DNA from: a virus | Lineage: Duplodnaviria; Heunggongvirae; Uroviricota; Caudoviricetes | Length of the DNA: 34,273 nucleotides | Direction: 5' to 3' (one strand) | Virus record (IMG/VR): IMGVR_UViG_3300013137_000008 | In this document: positions 23,351 through 31,926 of the stretch, in pieces | Layout: the number at the start of each line of letters is the position of its first letter | Numbering within the stretch: position 1 is the first letter of the stretch | Notes under the pieces: generated by a model | The model's database searches: none | What the model was told of the DNA's origin: nothing | What the model saw: only the letters and a program-made list of their open reading frames with translations | Program-made: the position numbers and the translations under genes

Positions 23351-23998
23351 TCAATAACTTAATCCCAAATTTATGAATTGTGGCGAATTCCACATCCTAT
23401 CAAATTCCCGCTGGCATATCTGAGCAAACCAAGGCTCTTGTATAACCACAAAGATTTCATCGTTATCCTCGCTTGCCCCTTTTGAGTAGTTATAACTACC
23501 AGTGGTGGCTAATTTGCCGTCTATAATAGAACATTTGATGTGCATCAAACCTGAGTGGGTTTCGTATTTTATTGGAATCCCAATGGTCAGCAGATCATTC
23601 ATGGCATGTTTCTGTGTATTGCCTGCTGATTGTGTTTTATCTGTAATAATCCGTACTTTGATTCCTCTTTTAAATGCGTCACCTATAGCCTTTACTATCT
23701 GTGGATGTGTGAGTGAATATATCGCTATGTCTATCTTCTGCTCTGCCGATAAATACAGAGCAGGTAAAATTTCAGCAGGGTCTTGACCTTGGCGTGGGAA
23801 ATAGACTTGAACCTTGTATTGTAGGGGGAACCCAACAATTGTATTACTACTCACGGTATCCCACGAACGAGTAACATATACCTCACCATTATCTTCTATC
23901 CCTATTCGATTAGAATTAGAATTGCCGCTTGGCAGATAGATACAGGATGCCACGAGGATTATGGCTGATATTGCAAGAACTATTAAACGTGTTTTCAT
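23351..23998 (-). CDS. Single-HKD phospholipase D-family nuclease (Nuc-like) with N-terminal signal/TM
   Basis: HIKCSIIDGKLATTGSYNYS (HxKxxxxD...GSxN), IDIAIYSLT and GIKVRIITD; likely ATG 23998. Confidence 0.85.
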   Translation of the reverse strand: MKTRLIVLAISAIILVASCIYLPSGNSNSNRIGIEDNGEVYVTRSWDTVSSNTIVGFPLQYKVQVYFPRQGQDPAEILPALYLSAEQKIDIAIYSLTHPQIVKAIGDAFKRGIKVRIITDKTQSAGNTQKHAMNDLLTIGIPIKYETHSGLMHIKCSIIDGKLATTGSYNYSKGASEDNDEIFVVIQEPWFAQICQREFDRMWNSPQFINLGLSY

Positions 23999-23999
23999 A

Positions 24000-24308
24000 T
24001 TAATATCCATCATGATAATCTGAGGGATGTTGCCGCTCTATGATTATTTCCTCTCTTCTTCTCCATACTCGTTTGCCATCTACTTTTAAGCAAATAAGTG
24101 CAAACCTTTCATCCCCTTCATCCCCTGTTATATCTGCCCCACCATATCCAAGTACCCTCCCTTCAAAATAGCTTTCTGTTCCTTTTTCTCTAAACAAATA
24201 CCGCCTACGGATTTCCAAGGATGGACGTGTACTTATCTTGTCTGCCCTTTGTTCTTTATCCATTTCATCTATACTTTGTTGTCTCATTCTCTCAGCAAAT
24301 TCACTCAA
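24000..24308 (-). CDS. Hypothetical protein
   Basis: 102 aa ORF in the operon run. Confidence 0.6.
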   Translation of the reverse strand: MSEFAERMRQQSIDEMDKEQRADKISTRPSLEIRRRYLFREKGTESYFEGRVLGYGGADITGDEGDERFALICLKVDGKRVWRRREEIIIERQHPSDYHDGY

Positions 24309-24322
24309 GTCTGTACTCTCCT

Positions 24323-25012
24323 TTAGATTAACCTCTGGCTCTTGCCTGTTAATTCTATAACATTCTCTTTACACATATCCAATACTCTATCTACGGCATA
24401 TGAACCAAGATAGTTCTTTAATTCTTTTGGCGAATGGTTGGCAGTAAATGCCATAAATCCCTTATTAGAGTAGATTGAGTCAAGTAAGAGATTAAGTATA
24501 TTAGTGGCAAATTCTTCCTTGGTGGTATTGCCATGCCCAAGGTCATCAATCATGACTGCCCCGTTTCTAGCAAACTTAACAAATTCTTGAATATGTTGCT
24601 GAACCGTATCCTCATATCTGCCTGTGTAACAACCATGGAATTCATAAATAAGTTCCTTGGAGTCTACAATACTGGCGGGACAAGATGTGTTATTGCGTAA
24701 ATCTAATTTGTCTATCATATTATTGGCAATAGCATAAAGTAGATATGTTTTCCCTATTCCTAAGTTACCGTAGATATATAAACCTGTACTATCTGCGTGA
24801 TTCTTATTGAATACAACTTGCTCAAATTTATCTATCGTTACTAATTGAGCCTTAGTTAATGATGTGACATTCTGTAAGTTGGCATTCTGATATCTCAGGG
24901 GGAAATCTCTACGCCATGGTGTCTTGTATCTATCATTACAGTAATCACAAAATACTCCACCGTCACATTTTGAGCAATGCACTACTGTTCCTGCTGTATT
25001 TTTATTAAGCAT
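24323..25012 (-). CDS. dnaC: DnaC/IstB-like helicase loader ATPase
   Basis: GLYIYGNLGIGKT Walker A, VMIDDLG Walker B, FTAN and DRV; directly downstream of the initiator. Confidence 0.85.
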   Translation of the reverse strand: MLNKNTAGTVVHCSKCDGGVFCDYCNDRYKTPWRRDFPLRYQNANLQNVTSLTKAQLVTIDKFEQVVFNKNHADSTGLYIYGNLGIGKTYLLYAIANNMIDKLDLRNNTSCPASIVDSKELIYEFHGCYTGRYEDTVQQHIQEFVKFARNGAVMIDDLGHGNTTKEEFATNILNLLLDSIYSNKGFMAFTANHSPKELKNYLGSYAVDRVLDMCKENVIELTGKSQRLI

Positions 25013-25922
25013 TATCTTGCCTCTCTTTGATTTTGCTCATATGTTTATCCACTTGGTCATCGTAGTCGTCTGGTACTCCAGGCTCAAAACGTTTCCTTGG
25101 CATTACTACGACGTTTTTATCCTTTTCATCTTTTCTATCCCAATTAAGTATTGTGGCATAATCTGAAGCATATTTTTTGCCCTTGGATTGCTTATAAAGT
25201 GATAGATTTTCAATTTTATCCTTTGTTTTAGTTTCTCCAAATCGTTCTATTAGCTTATTGTATTCATCCTGTGTTAGTAAAACAAAGGGAGAGAATTCCT
25301 TCTTTTTGTTATTTCTGTTGATTTCTGCGGATTTCTGCGGATTTTCTCCGATTTCTGTTTTTATCCTCTCCTCTACTCTACTATAGTCTACGTTATTATC
25401 TTTAGTAGAAGAGTTACTACCCCTGTCTTTTGTGGGTGATTTCTGCGGATTTTCTCCGATTTCTGCGGATTTTCTCCGATTTCCAACACAGTTATCGTTA
25501 GTTAAACTATTTTCTCCGATTTCTGTGGATTTCTGTGGATTTAAAACAATTTCTGCGGTGGGTTTGGAAGGAATATCTGTTGAGCGATGTTTATAAACTA
25601 TAGAAATGCCCTCTATAAAGTTATCTGACCAAATAATCTTGTCTTCCCAAAGATTTTTATCAATTGCGTCTAGTTTTGCTAATGTGTCTAAGATTTCAGA
25701 ACATTTATCGCTAGCAATCTTAGTTTTTGCTTGAAGGAATTCCCATGTTGCTGGTTTATTGCAATCTATGTAATGCCCATTAGATACCCCCAACATCTCT
25801 AATAACTTAAACCAGAAGGCATATCCATCGTTGCCATATTTCTCTTCAATAATGAACATGGTCATTTTGTGTAAGCAATAGTGAGGGAAAAAGTCTACTG
25901 TCTGCTTTGCCTTACGAGCCAT
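25005..25922 (-). CDS. Phage replication initiator (DUF4373/Lin1244-like N-terminus)
   Basis: MARKAKQTVDFFPH...KYGNDGYAFWFKLLE; C-terminal KYASDYATILNW motif; internal repeats. Confidence 0.85.
   Translation of the reverse strand: MARKAKQTVDFFPHYCLHKMTMFIIEEKYGNDGYAFWFKLLEMLGVSNGHYIDCNKPATWEFLQAKTKIASDKCSEILDTLAKLDAIDKNLWEDKIIWSDNFIEGISIVYKHRSTDIPSKPTAEIVLNPQKSTEIGENSLTNDNCVGNRRKSAEIGENPQKSPTKDRGSNSSTKDNNVDYSRVEERIKTEIGENPQKSAEINRNNKKKEFSPFVLLTQDEYNKLIERFGETKTKDKIENLSLYKQSKGKKYASDYATILNWDRKDEKDKNVVVMPRKRFEPGVPDDYDDQVDKHMSKIKERQDNA
25320..25557. repeat. Iteron-like 10-bp repeats inside the initiator gene (putative origin)
   Basis: About a dozen GATTTCTGYG / GATTTTCTCC units in three 10-bp-phased clusters (25320-25357, 25438-25484, 25508-25557). 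Confidence 0.85.
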
Positions 25923-25923
25923 C

Positions 25924-26139
25924 CTATTTCACCTCACCTTGCTTCATGCGTAATTCAATATCTTGAATTGTTATCTCTAAACTTCTTTTTACGGACTTTA
26001 AATCAGTATGCGGTTTAATTAAAACTACAGTTACTGCATTAGCGATGGCTTCTATGTCTCCTGAGTATCCAGCTTTTATCATGTCTGCGGGGATATATGC
26101 TAATTGTGAGTTCTTATTGATAACAATCTTCTTCTTCAA
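25924..26139 (-). CDS. Small AbrB/SpoVT-like regulator
   Basis: SQLAYIPADMIKAGYSGDIEAIANAVTVVL resembles swapped-hairpin regulators; TTG start with GGAGG RBS. Confidence 0.55.
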   Translation of the reverse strand: MKKKIVINKNSQLAYIPADMIKAGYSGDIEAIANAVTVVLIKPHTDLKSVKRSLEITIQDIELRMKQGEVK

Positions 26140-26174
26140 ACGTTCGCCTCCAAATTTGTATTTAGGCTATTTAT

Positions 26175-26203
26175 AATATACCACCATTGGTATAGGTTGT
26201 CAA
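26175..26203 (-). promoter_or_regulatory. Sigma70 promoter with overlapping palindromic operator
   Basis: TTGACA (26203-26198), 17 bp, TG, TATATT (26180-26175); TATACCA-4-TGGTATA inverted repeat at 26177-26194. Confidence 0.8.
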
Positions 26204-26233
26204 TAGGTTTACGATAGATATTTAGTCTTTTGA

Positions 26234-27592
26234 TTAAAACTGCCTGAAAACCCTATCAAGTGCTGTCGCCATGCGCTCGCCGTCCTCGTTAGTCAGGGCA
26301 TCCTCAGCAAGGGCTATGTCACCTTTTGTCCATACTGTGTTAGAGTAAATGGACTCCACAAATTGCTGGGATAGTTCCCTTGTTGCTCGTGGTTGGCGGG
26401 TCTTGTAAACGTGGAATATTGTTTTGGGTAAGTCATTCCACGAACGGATTAGATATACAAGGTGGTCATGGCAGTAGAAGTCGTGGCCTAATGAGATAAC
26501 GGGTTTATCAAAAATCAAGGCTTCAAACCCAGTAGTTGAGTTTAAGGTTATTACTCCTATGGATTTTTTTAAAAGCGATACTGGTGAACACAATGGGTTG
26601 ATAATACGGACGTTGGGAAGTTGCGCTAAGTGGTATAAATCGTGAAAACGTACATCTATCCCGTTGAAGTATGGGTGGGGTTTGATATAGAGTTTTACGC
26701 CTACTGGCAGGCATCTTGAGATACTCTGGGCTAACTCTACCTGGTTGGTGAATGGCTCCATGATTGTTATATTGGAGTCCTCTTCAAAATGAAACGGGTA
26801 AAAGAAATATTCCTCATCTTTCGGCTCCTGCCAGAAGATTCTATTGGAAATACCGCGGATGGTTGACCAAAATAACCTGTCAATTTCGCTTTCTAAGGGC
26901 TGTAGCGCAATTTTTTCATGGGGGCTAATGGTTTCCATTGTCTTTTGTGTTTTAAAGTACTGTAGGGCTTTGGAGGCGTTGTTTTGCAGGTTTTGTGTTG
27001 ACCAGTAGGACTTTAGCCCTGTTCCTTTGACATATTTCTGGTCGGGATAAAGAGATAGGATTTCGTCCCAATTTGCTCTATCTCCGTTCCAGCGGTGGAT
27101 TTGGGAGTAATCGTCCTTGCCGAACATAAAACCTCGCTTGGGGAAGCGTGAGTTCATCAGGTTTACCACGGGGATTTTTAATTGTCTGGCTACGTAATAG
27201 GCCATCAAGTTCCACGGGTTGGATTCAAACGCTATTGTTAGGCAGTCGATTTTGTAGTCTGTGTAAAATTTGAAATACCAGTCGGCTAAAAAGGTCATGT
27301 ACTGGTTTGTTCGTTCTATGTTTTTGTAGTCTTTGCAGTCGTTCTTACTGAATTGCCTCCAGTCTAACGAGCTTATGTATTTGAACGAAAACGGCAGTTG
27401 CCTCTCTATTTCCCGTTGCTCACCTATTGTGTAAATTTTATATCGCTCATTATACATACTGATTATGTTTGGTTGTTTAGTCCTGCCGACTATAAAGACT
27501 TTATGCCCCATCCTTTCAAGGGGGTTTGTCCACGCTAATTTTATGTTAAGGTCGTGGTCACGGCTACCTGTTAGGATTGTGGCTATGTTCAA
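26234..27592 (-). CDS. KpsS/Capsule_synth-like glycosyltransferase
   Basis: YFFYPFHFEED, LYIKPHP and VITLNSTTGFEALIFDKPVISLGHDFY are typical of KpsS/KpsC-like capsule synthesis proteins. Confidence 0.75.
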   Translation of the reverse strand: MNIATILTGSRDHDLNIKLAWTNPLERMGHKVFIVGRTKQPNIISMYNERYKIYTIGEQREIERQLPFSFKYISSLDWRQFSKNDCKDYKNIERTNQYMTFLADWYFKFYTDYKIDCLTIAFESNPWNLMAYYVARQLKIPVVNLMNSRFPKRGFMFGKDDYSQIHRWNGDRANWDEILSLYPDQKYVKGTGLKSYWSTQNLQNNASKALQYFKTQKTMETISPHEKIALQPLESEIDRLFWSTIRGISNRIFWQEPKDEEYFFYPFHFEEDSNITIMEPFTNQVELAQSISRCLPVGVKLYIKPHPYFNGIDVRFHDLYHLAQLPNVRIINPLCSPVSLLKKSIGVITLNSTTGFEALIFDKPVISLGHDFYCHDHLVYLIRSWNDLPKTIFHVYKTRQPRATRELSQQFVESIYSNTVWTKGDIALAEDALTNEDGERMATALDRVFRQF

Positions 27593-27593
27593 A

Positions 27594-27851
27594 TACCCAA
27601 CTCCATAACTTCCTTAGAATATTATTTAGATACTATCTAATTTGCGTCTACATGCCCTACATGTAACCATCCTCTTGTCACGTGTCGCATCCATCATCCT
27701 AACTTCTTTGTCACATAATGAATAGACAATAACTTTCCATCTCGCCGTTCGCCATTCTTTGTTGCCTACCCTAAAATGAATTGCCATATACCTTCCTCCA
27801 TTTGCATAAAGATGACGAGGGTTTTCTTCATATATCCAACTCCATAACTTC
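27594..27851. repeat. Direct repeat of the methylase 3' end (ATA[T/C]CCAACTCCATAACTTC)
   Basis: 16/16 identical core at 27597-27612 and 27836-27851, 239 bp apart. A related CAAGAAGTTATGGAGTT lies on the plus strand at 3365-3381. Confidence 0.8.
27626..27787 (-). CDS. 53 aa Cys-containing mini-protein
   Basis: ATG 27787 with GGAGG RBS; SLC...VTCRAC. Confidence 0.55.
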   Translation of the reverse strand: MAIHFRVGNKEWRTARWKVIVYSLCDKEVRMMDATRDKRMVTCRACRRKLDSI

Positions 27852-28484
27852 TTGTGCCAATCTCTTGACAGCGATTTCGCAATACTTTTCTTCAATATCA
27901 ATGCCAACACATCGGCGGCCAAGCTTCTTAGCGCATACCGCCGTTGTACCACTGCCAAGAAATGGGTCGAGTATCGTTCCTTCCTTAAATAAAGACATCA
28001 AATAAGCCCACAAACTAATAGGTTTAGGGCAAGGATGTTTTTTCTCTTCCCCCTTAGCGAAATTCAAAGTATTAAAATATAAATAATCCTGCGGGAGCCG
28101 TTTGAATGGTTTGCCATATACAAGAATTGGTTCCCAAGCATTATATCCCCCCATCCTGTTGAAAGATACCGCAGCAGGTTTATGCCAACACAATACCCAC
28201 TTAGCTTTTGGGTAATTCCATATATTGCTAATGCCCGATGTAAATACAATATTGCTTGTTACCCCTTGTGCAAACTTAAACCAATCCCTACAAAAACGTT
28301 TATATTCTGAGTCTGTTAATGATGGCATCCCCTTATCGTATTCTCGCTTATTAGGCCCAATATTCTTGGCATTATAATCTGGATCAGTCAACACTATATC
28401 CACAGGCTCAAGTTGTGGCAATATCTCACGACAATCACCGTGATAGATTATTATCCCCTTATCTTGATAATAAGGGTTCATCAA
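27828..28484 (-). CDS. N4/N6 DNA methyltransferase (beta class, phage orphan type)
   Basis: YHGDCREILP; motif IV LTDPDY (variant of DPPY); HPCPKP; motif I ILDPFLGSGTT. Confidence 0.9.
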   Translation of the reverse strand: MMNPYYQDKGIIIYHGDCREILPQLEPVDIVLTDPDYNAKNIGPNKREYDKGMPSLTDSEYKRFCRDWFKFAQGVTSNIVFTSGISNIWNYPKAKWVLCWHKPAAVSFNRMGGYNAWEPILVYGKPFKRLPQDYLYFNTLNFAKGEEKKHPCPKPISLWAYLMSLFKEGTILDPFLGSGTTAVCAKKLGRRCVGIDIEEKYCEIAVKRLAQEVMELDI

Positions 28485-30706
28485 AATCCCCCCGTGTACT
28501 CAAAAAGTTTAACCTCGTAGGTCTGTTTAACGGTCTGCGACATCATAGATAAATCCACTCCACCAAACCCCTTGATTGGTTTTATTTCCTTGACTTCCTC
28601 TAAATCTACACATGGTAAAAATGGGTCTACGCCACCAAATGAGTATTGAGTATCGTCTGTGAGAGGATGTTCTTTCATGTATTTTTGGGCTTCATCAAAG
28701 GATGGGGTGTCTATGATCTTTTGAATCCACTTTTGCCCGTCTATGTCTTTGTAGATGAGTATGGGGCAACCTGGGGATTTGACTGCCTGACCATCAAAGT
28801 TGAATAGTCTGACCACCATGGAGCGATAGTAGTCAGGGTGGAAGATGGTCATCCGCTCGATTTTGTCTTTATTTCCGTAGTAAAAGACTGATATGAACCC
28901 AGGTGACTCCCAACTCCATAAATCCCGTAAATCTTTACTCGCTCTTTCGGCATAAGTAGGCATGGCGGTAAATTTACCAGTTGCTGTTTGATAGTCGATT
29001 ACTATGTAGCGGGACTTGGCCTGTTTGAGTACAGTGACTGCCTTTTCGTTATCTGTAGTTGTTAAAAATACTGCTGGCACGTCACGATTCGTTGAGCCTG
29101 GGTTACAGGTGGGGACTCGATGGGCTACATAAGTAATCCAGTAACCATAGTCCCACCATGACATTACAGAGTAATTTGGTTCTTGGAGGTTGTCCTTATA
29201 ATTAGCGTAATAGTAGTTAGCATCATCAAATGGTTCAGGGGTATTAGAACGCATCCAGAGCATGGCCTGTTCCCATCCAGTGGTGATTGAGCCTTCCAAG
29301 GGATGTGAGAATTGATTGGAAATCATGAAGTTGGGCATGAGGATGAAGGTGAGTATGATAAGCACAAGTAGGATATCCCCCGCTTTGTCAAACCATTTCA
29401 TCTTCTTAAAGTTCTTTTTTAAGTAGTTAGTAGCGATTTCGAGTATCATGACTATTACCATACCTGACAGGATTGCTACGTAAATTGCCAAATAGTATGC
29501 AAACCGTATCATGGCAAGTGTGGAAATTACCATGGTCAACGTTCCTAATATGATGAAAACATAGTTAAAAAGTGTGTGTCTATCAGCGTTTACTATCTTC
29601 TTGATTACTACGCCTATCCCTATTAGGCACATGAATATTGAAGCTGTAAAGTTGCCCCACAACGCCTGTAAACTGAATTCGTTGCCAAATATCAGGATAG
29701 GCCTTTCCTCTGAGGTGTGGGAAATGGCGTTCCATTCTACGATTGACATGACTATACCGTTCACGTATCTGAAGTAGTTTTTGGCGAACATATACAAAAT
29801 AATAAGCGTAACCGCCGCCACTACGATTGAAATGATGAGCAATGCCCACCTATTTCTGTGTAAAAAGAATATCTGTATCAATGTAGTAATAAGCGCAACT
29901 GCAAGGAATAACCCCGATACTAACAATACGTTATTATCCACTGCCCCGTTCAGTAGCTGTGCAATGATAATGTAGAACAGTATAGTTGAGGCAATCATCA
30001 CAAGTGGTATTTGAAGTATTGCTCCGCTGGGAGCCTCACGTTTAAGGGAAAGAATAATCAAATACAGAACATAAGAGACTATGAATATCAAGTAAAGATA
30101 AATTGCTCCTGACCATGACCTCAAATAGACCGCCATTAATACCCCAGCAAGGATAGAAAAAATATAATTTACCCACCCTTTATTGTGGTATCTGACCGCC
30201 ATTATTACACACATAACTACAAATACACATAAGAACGCTTCAAAGCAATGGTAGTCAATATTACCTGCTATGGTACGTGCCATCAATTCTCCGCCCATAG
30301 TGGCAATTAAAAGCGCACCAAATAACCCTGCCCATGCGTTGAATAATAGCGTCCCAATAATGAACACTCCAATCACACACAATACAGCCAAAAGTGGCGG
30401 AATGTAGTAACACGCCAATTCCGTTCCGTTTTGGGGAATTAGCTGTGCTACACCTGAAATAATGGTAGGCCACAGTGTAATATCGGAGAGTGGCGGATTT
30501 CCTGTGGACATGAAATATGGGTCTTTATCCGGTAGGTTTACTCCATGTGAATTTATAAGTTCTATAAAACGTGCCTGGTAATAGGCGTCAACAGTTGGTA
30601 AACGTAACGTTTCGCCATGTAACCACGGGTCGGGTAGTATTACTCTGTAATAGAGGGCAAGGAAACAGATTGCTATGAGGGCAAGGATGATGAGGGCTTT
30701 CTTCAT
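28481..30706 (-). CDS. aglB: Oligosaccharyltransferase, AglB/STT3 family (archaeal-like)
   Basis: DAYYQAR, RTIAGNIDYH..E (DHH-like), HTSEE (TIXE-like), SWWDYGYWI and DYQTATGKFTAM (DK-like); about 13 hydrophobic segments. Confidence 0.93.
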   Translation of the reverse strand: MKKALIILALIAICFLALYYRVILPDPWLHGETLRLPTVDAYYQARFIELINSHGVNLPDKDPYFMSTGNPPLSDITLWPTIISGVAQLIPQNGTELACYYIPPLLAVLCVIGVFIIGTLLFNAWAGLFGALLIATMGGELMARTIAGNIDYHCFEAFLCVFVVMCVIMAVRYHNKGWVNYIFSILAGVLMAVYLRSWSGAIYLYLIFIVSYVLYLIILSLKREAPSGAILQIPLVMIASTILFYIIIAQLLNGAVDNNVLLVSGLFLAVALITTLIQIFFLHRNRWALLIISIVVAAVTLIILYMFAKNYFRYVNGIVMSIVEWNAISHTSEERPILIFGNEFSLQALWGNFTASIFMCLIGIGVVIKKIVNADRHTLFNYVFIILGTLTMVISTLAMIRFAYYLAIYVAILSGMVIVMILEIATNYLKKNFKKMKWFDKAGDILLVLIILTFILMPNFMISNQFSHPLEGSITTGWEQAMLWMRSNTPEPFDDANYYYANYKDNLQEPNYSVMSWWDYGYWITYVAHRVPTCNPGSTNRDVPAVFLTTTDNEKAVTVLKQAKSRYIVIDYQTATGKFTAMPTYAERASKDLRDLWSWESPGFISVFYYGNKDKIERMTIFHPDYYRSMVVRLFNFDGQAVKSPGCPILIYKDIDGQKWIQKIIDTPSFDEAQKYMKEHPLTDDTQYSFGGVDPFLPCVDLEEVKEIKPIKGFGGVDLSMMSQTVKQTYEVKLFEYTGGF

Positions 30707-31401
30707 ATGTTCAACTTCTTAAATTCAATTACCCATGTCCATGGGTTCGATTCCCACGGATATTTCTTGCCATTAATTGAATCCCACAGATGTTGAAACC
30801 ATGTAGTATGATCATTCTCACTGGCAATTAATCCTTGCTTTGGATCGCCTTCTTTTTCAGCATCATCCTCTGTTATATCCTGCACCCTCTCTACTCTGAT
30901 ATTGGTTATTTCAAGAGTGATACGAGATGCCCAACGTGGTATGAACATAGAAGATTTCCAATGAGTAACTTCTCCTCCATCTTTACGATACTCAATGCTC
31001 TCATCCTCTCCAAACCATAGGAAATCAGGGCACTGTTCTATTATTTCTTGATAGTAAATTATGTCTCGTTCGCATCCTTCATAATCTTTAATCTTATGAA
31101 TTGGAATTTCTCCTTTATGCCACCCCAATTCACCCCATTTTTCTCTTACCCATAACCTATCACCCACTTGACCATATGGGCATTTGATACCGTTTTTCAT
31201 GTAGTTTTTGGGATAATTAAAGTCTGGTGAGTCTGCCCACATCCAAGTGCCATCGTCTAACTGTTTCACATAAGGCCACGAATTAGAGTTATTGAAAGGC
31301 CACGCATCCTTAAAACTCACTACTCTGCGTGTCATAGTCTTACGACCATCAAGTATTGCCTTCACCATATCTGTAGAGAACAAAATAGGTCGTTCTTTCA
31401 T
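30703..31401 (-). CDS. Phage ASCH/PUA-like protein (MKERPILF...GRKTMTRR family)
   Basis: Start corrected to ATG 31401 (TAATG overlap). CPYGQVGDRLWVRE, WKSSMFIPRWASRITLEIT and NPWTWVIEF. Confidence 0.85.
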   Translation of the reverse strand: MKERPILFSTDMVKAILDGRKTMTRRVVSFKDAWPFNNSNSWPYVKQLDDGTWMWADSPDFNYPKNYMKNGIKCPYGQVGDRLWVREKWGELGWHKGEIPIHKIKDYEGCERDIIYYQEIIEQCPDFLWFGEDESIEYRKDGGEVTHWKSSMFIPRWASRITLEITNIRVERVQDITEDDAEKEGDPKQGLIASENDHTTWFQHLWDSINGKKYPWESNPWTWVIEFKKLNI

Positions 31402-31589
31402 TACTTCTTCTCCTTCTTCTTTCTGCCAAAGATAAACGTTATAACAAGCAATCCTACAAAGATTGTGAACGCAAAAAACGCAGCAACTGTCATAGAAGCG
31501 TCCGCTGGCATCCAATTATCTGTAAAGGATTTTATCCCACCATAGATAATACAAGTAGCAATGAAATAGAGGACTATCTTAGCTACCAA
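31401..31589 (-). CDS. Small two-TM protein
   Basis: 62 aa with two hydrophobic segments and a basic tail. Confidence 0.7.
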   Translation of the reverse strand: MVAKIVLYFIATCIIYGGIKSFTDNWMPADASMTVAAFFAFTIFVGLLVITFIFGRKKKEKK

Positions 31590-31926
31590 TGGTATCTTCC
31601 TTTACATAGGATTTTAAGACTTTGGCTATGGCATCGGGGCAGGACATTATTTGCTCGCCTTCATGGAATGTAGCTGATGAACAATGAATTTCTTTGAGTG
31701 TCCTATAATATTCCTCTAAGTCCACTCCACTTCGTAATCCTACTGAAATACAACGTGTGAGGGCTTCGGTTTGACAGGCACTACAGCCACCCGCTTTGCC
31801 TAATTTAGCGAATACTTCAAATACGTCACCATCATACTCGTTAATTGTGATGTACAAACTGCCACAACCCGTAGGCATTTTGAATGTCTTGCCCTCTAAC
31901 TCTTTTGGTCTATCTTGTGCTTTCAT
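31579..31926 (-). CDS. Stand-alone TSCPD-domain protein (class II RNR C-terminal/NrdJb-like)
   Basis: TGCGSLYITIN, EVFAKLGKAGGC, ISVGLRSGV and IMSCPDAIAKVL; likely ATG 31926. Confidence 0.85.
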   Translation of the reverse strand: MKAQDRPKELEGKTFKMPTGCGSLYITINEYDGDVFEVFAKLGKAGGCSACQTEALTRCISVGLRSGVDLEEYYRTLKEIHCSSATFHEGEQIMSCPDAIAKVLKSYVKEDTIGS

